Under the pieces are notes generated by a model. It ran no database searches. It had not been told where the DNA came from and saw nothing but the letters and a program-made list of their open reading frames with translations. A stretch of 64,000 bases of DNA from Eledone cirrhosa (lineage: Eukaryota): positions 6,820,001 to 6,884,000 of the forward strand of contig OZ024753.1 of the NCBI GenBank assembly GCA_964016885.1. The letters are read 5' to 3'. Below are positions 59,768 through 64,000 of this stretch, piece after piece. How positions within the stretch are numbered: the stretch's first letter is position 1; each line of letters starts with the position of its first letter. Made by a program: the position numbers and the translations under genes.

Positions 59768-60535
59768 ATGTGTGTATGTGTTGCGCGTGTGTGTGTCCGT
59801 ATTTTTATCTTTTTATATGTGTATGTGTATGTTCGTGTAAATGTATGTGTGTGTATGACAGTATAGGTATGTGTGTATGTATGTATGTGTAGATATCTCT
59901 ATGTGCGCGTACATGTACGTATGTGTATGTATATCTGTATGCGTATGTACATTATATTATATGTAATATATTTTATTGTTTTTATTTTTTTATTTTTCAT
60001 AATTTATAGATACATTTATATTAGGCTGTCTGTCTGACAACCTAATACTGACCCCTCCCCCCCCCTCCCACCTAATTTCTGTATCTTGATCTTGAAATGT
60101 GTGTACCAGTGTGTTTATGTGAGTGACTTAATTTCTATTTGCTTATGATTTTATATCCACATATATAAATGTGAGTGGGGGGTGTGTGTGTGTTTGTGTG
60201 TTCGTGGTTATGTGTATATTTATATATATACGCACATGTATGTGTGATTATACTGATATGTGTGAGTATGAAAAAAATATATTTATATGCTTGACTACAT
60301 AAGTATCATTGCGTTTCTTATCAGCGCATTAAGCTTACAGAGATATTAACCTTGAAATTTTTTATTTGCATCCATCTTTTTAGTATGCACATACATATTA
60401 TACGCACATTATTGTAAAATGTGTGTAGGGTTTTACATGTATATACACACACCAAACTGCTTTTTAACCCTTTGTGTTTTCATTGGTCAATTTTGAACTG
60501 ATATTTTGAATTGTTGTTATTATCAATAAATATAC

Positions 60536-60690
60536 TTCATTATTTCTGAAGACGGCGTATATATGTGTTAGGTATGTATATTTAATCTTGATAATTTATA
60601 TAATTTTGTATAATTTTGTACATAGATCTGTTAAATATGCATACCAATTATAGCACATATATGCCCTAGAAACGATCGTTAAATAGTGAA
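60536..60690 (+). ncRNA. Type I hammerhead ribozyme with long stem II (family G)
   Basis: ttcattattt-CTGAAGA-cggcgtatatatgtgtta...tagcacatatatgcccta-GAAA-cgatcg-TT-aaatagtgaa. 10-bp stem I, predicted cut after 60680. Confidence 0.8.
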
Positions 60691-60744
60691 CTTTTTTTGT
60701 TTAATATAAGGAATTGTTTGTTCATTATTTGTTTAATATTTTAT

Positions 60745-62246
<1,502 letters not shown>

Positions 62247-62914
62247 GTAATTCTAGTTTAGTACTCACTTTAAGGATGCGAATGATTGTTTCCATTAAAT
62301 TATTGCACCTTTTAGACAACAGACAGAAACTTGAAAGTAATGTTGGTATATATCTGGAGTGCGAGTACCTTACTTTTTCTGTTTTATTAACTTCACAATT
62401 TTCACTGAAGATCCTCAGACAATTCCGGGATTTGTACAACTAACATTTGTGATAAGACCTCTTTATGTAACTGATACTAACAGTTCATCATTGGTGAAAG
62501 CGGCGCTGATTTGGGTATATATCAATATTTTAGATATTTTATATTAATTGATTCGATTATCGATTGGTCGATATTAATTATATTAATTTTATAAACAACC
62601 CTAATTAATCTGTGGGTATGTATCAATGTTTTTTGATAGTTTAAGTTAATTGATCTGATTAATGAGTTGTCGCTAAATGAATTAATTTTCTTGATAACCC
62701 TAATTAATGTGTTTAATATAGCAACTACACTACTAAATCTGTATGAAAGTACTCCTTGGCCTGAATTAATATAGTATTAAGTAAGTTAGTACGTGGAACG
62801 TGATGTGATGACATTGATGTACAAAGCCGCGTGTACCCGCGTGATTTCGAAAAGTTATTAGGGTACGCGAGCGCACATACAAATACACACGTGTGTGTGT
62901 GTGTGTGTGTGTGT

Positions 62915-63072
62915 ATAAAGGTTAAATAGACATAAGAACACACTCGGGACATTATATGGAAGGAATATATTAAGTTCTCGCACGCTTGAAACAGCAGGAA
63001 GAGGGACTTAACGTTTCGGACGCTAGTCCTTCATCAGAAGAGAGAATGAGAAATTAGAAAGATTGAAGGGTC
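62915..63072 (-). mobile_element. Family I element with minimal hammerhead at 63007-63040
   Basis: Reverse complement reads ctt-CTGATGA-aggac tagc gtcc-GAAA-cg-TT-aag. Confidence 0.72.
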
Positions 63073-63833
63073 ATATATATATATATATAACAAGCAAGTT
63101 TGTTTTGAATATACAAGCGAATTTGAAAATAGAAAAAGAAGCTTTAGCCTGAAAGAAAAGTCAGCCTGATAGTGGGGTTTAGAACCCTCTAAGAGAGAGA
63201 GAGAGAGAGAGATAGAGAGAGAGAGAGGGTTTGTGTTAGTGTAATTGTAAATATAAATATATATTCATGAGCATACATACACGTTCACACCTACATATAT
63301 ATAATATATACATATATGTGGGTGGAGGTGTATGTGCGTGCGTGTACGTGTGCGTGTGTGTGTGTGTGCGAGGATGCGCGTACGTGCGTGCGGGAATGTG
63401 GACAGGTTTCTGCGAATAGCTACGTTCATGGTGATATGAGAATGGAGCTGATTTTACGTTTGATAGTAACGCTGAAGAAAAGGAAGAGAATGAAAAACGA
63501 TGACGATGATGATAATGATGATGATTGTGGTTGAGCTATCACGGTGTTGTAGGTGTAGGTGGCGTCGATGAAGATCGTAATGATGAATATGACTAGGATG
63601 TTGACAAGTTGCATGTCTTAATCGATTTCAACATGAAACTGGGGGTGAACCTGTGTGCATCGATCTGTCTACTGGGTGATTAATCTATAACATGTCTTTA
63701 TACCAACAGGAATTCGAATGTAGGAGTGTGTGTAAGGAAAGAGATCAAAAGTAGTAACATGAAAAGTGCAATGTTATAAACTCGATGAGTGAGAAGGGCG
63801 GATTAGATACATACAATCATATATATATATATA

Positions 63834-64000
63834 TTTTAATATAGATGAGATTCTACAGGACTAGAACTGTTTCATTCTTTAGAAATCATCAGGATTCCTG
63901 ATGATTTCTAAAGAATGAAACAGTTCTAGTCCTGTAGAATCTCATCTATATTAAAACTTTTATACTCTGCAATGTATTGAGTACCTTACTTACTGTGGTT
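63834..64000. mobile_element. Family A fold-back element (perfect 123-bp palindrome plus tail)
   Basis: 63834-63956, centred on 63895. Confidence 0.88.
63892..63942 (+). ncRNA. Type I hammerhead ribozyme (family A)
   Basis: ggattc-CTGATGA-tttc taaa gaat-GAAA-cag ttctagtc ctg-TA-gaatct. Predicted cut after A63936. Confidence 0.85.

Larger units (their letters stand above)
56414..60744. mobile_element. 4.3-kb fold-back family G element (2-kb arms)
   Basis: Arms 56455-58451 / 58759-60744 with a 307-bp spacer and a hammerhead near each outer end. Confidence 0.75.

Noticed and set aside
62400-62515. CTGAAGA..GAAAgcggcgcTG hammerhead-like motif
   Set aside because: The cleavage position is G, stem I pairing is unconvincing, and it is single-copy here.

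Overview
Eukaryotic, AT-rich, repeat-dominated DNA with no intact protein-coding gene. Nearly all supplied ORFs are microsatellite or SINE artefacts. The SINE families and extreme (TA)n/(GA)n/(CA)n load look like an octopod cephalopod genome (inference). The window holds ~20 copies of one tRNA-derived SINE and other SINEs. It also holds decayed non-LTR retrotransposons (R4/Dong, Tx1/L1-like, CRE-like, RTE), pogo/Tc-type MITEs, Helitron relics, minisatellites, a possible dead ankyrin-repeat exon and a 200-N gap. The main hidden signal is at least 8 unrelated families (~25-30 copies) of short non-coding elements sitting in microsatellite, mostly (TA)n, tracts. They carry type I hammerhead-ribozyme motifs (stem I-CUGANGA-stem II-GAAA-palindromic stem III-UH-stem I). 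Many are fold-back (inverted) structures whose junction often lies within a ribozyme helix, with arms from ~30 bp to 2 kb. These look like non-autonomous Penelope-like/retrozyme-type elements. Family letters below are my own labels. All folds were paired by eye and none has been tested.
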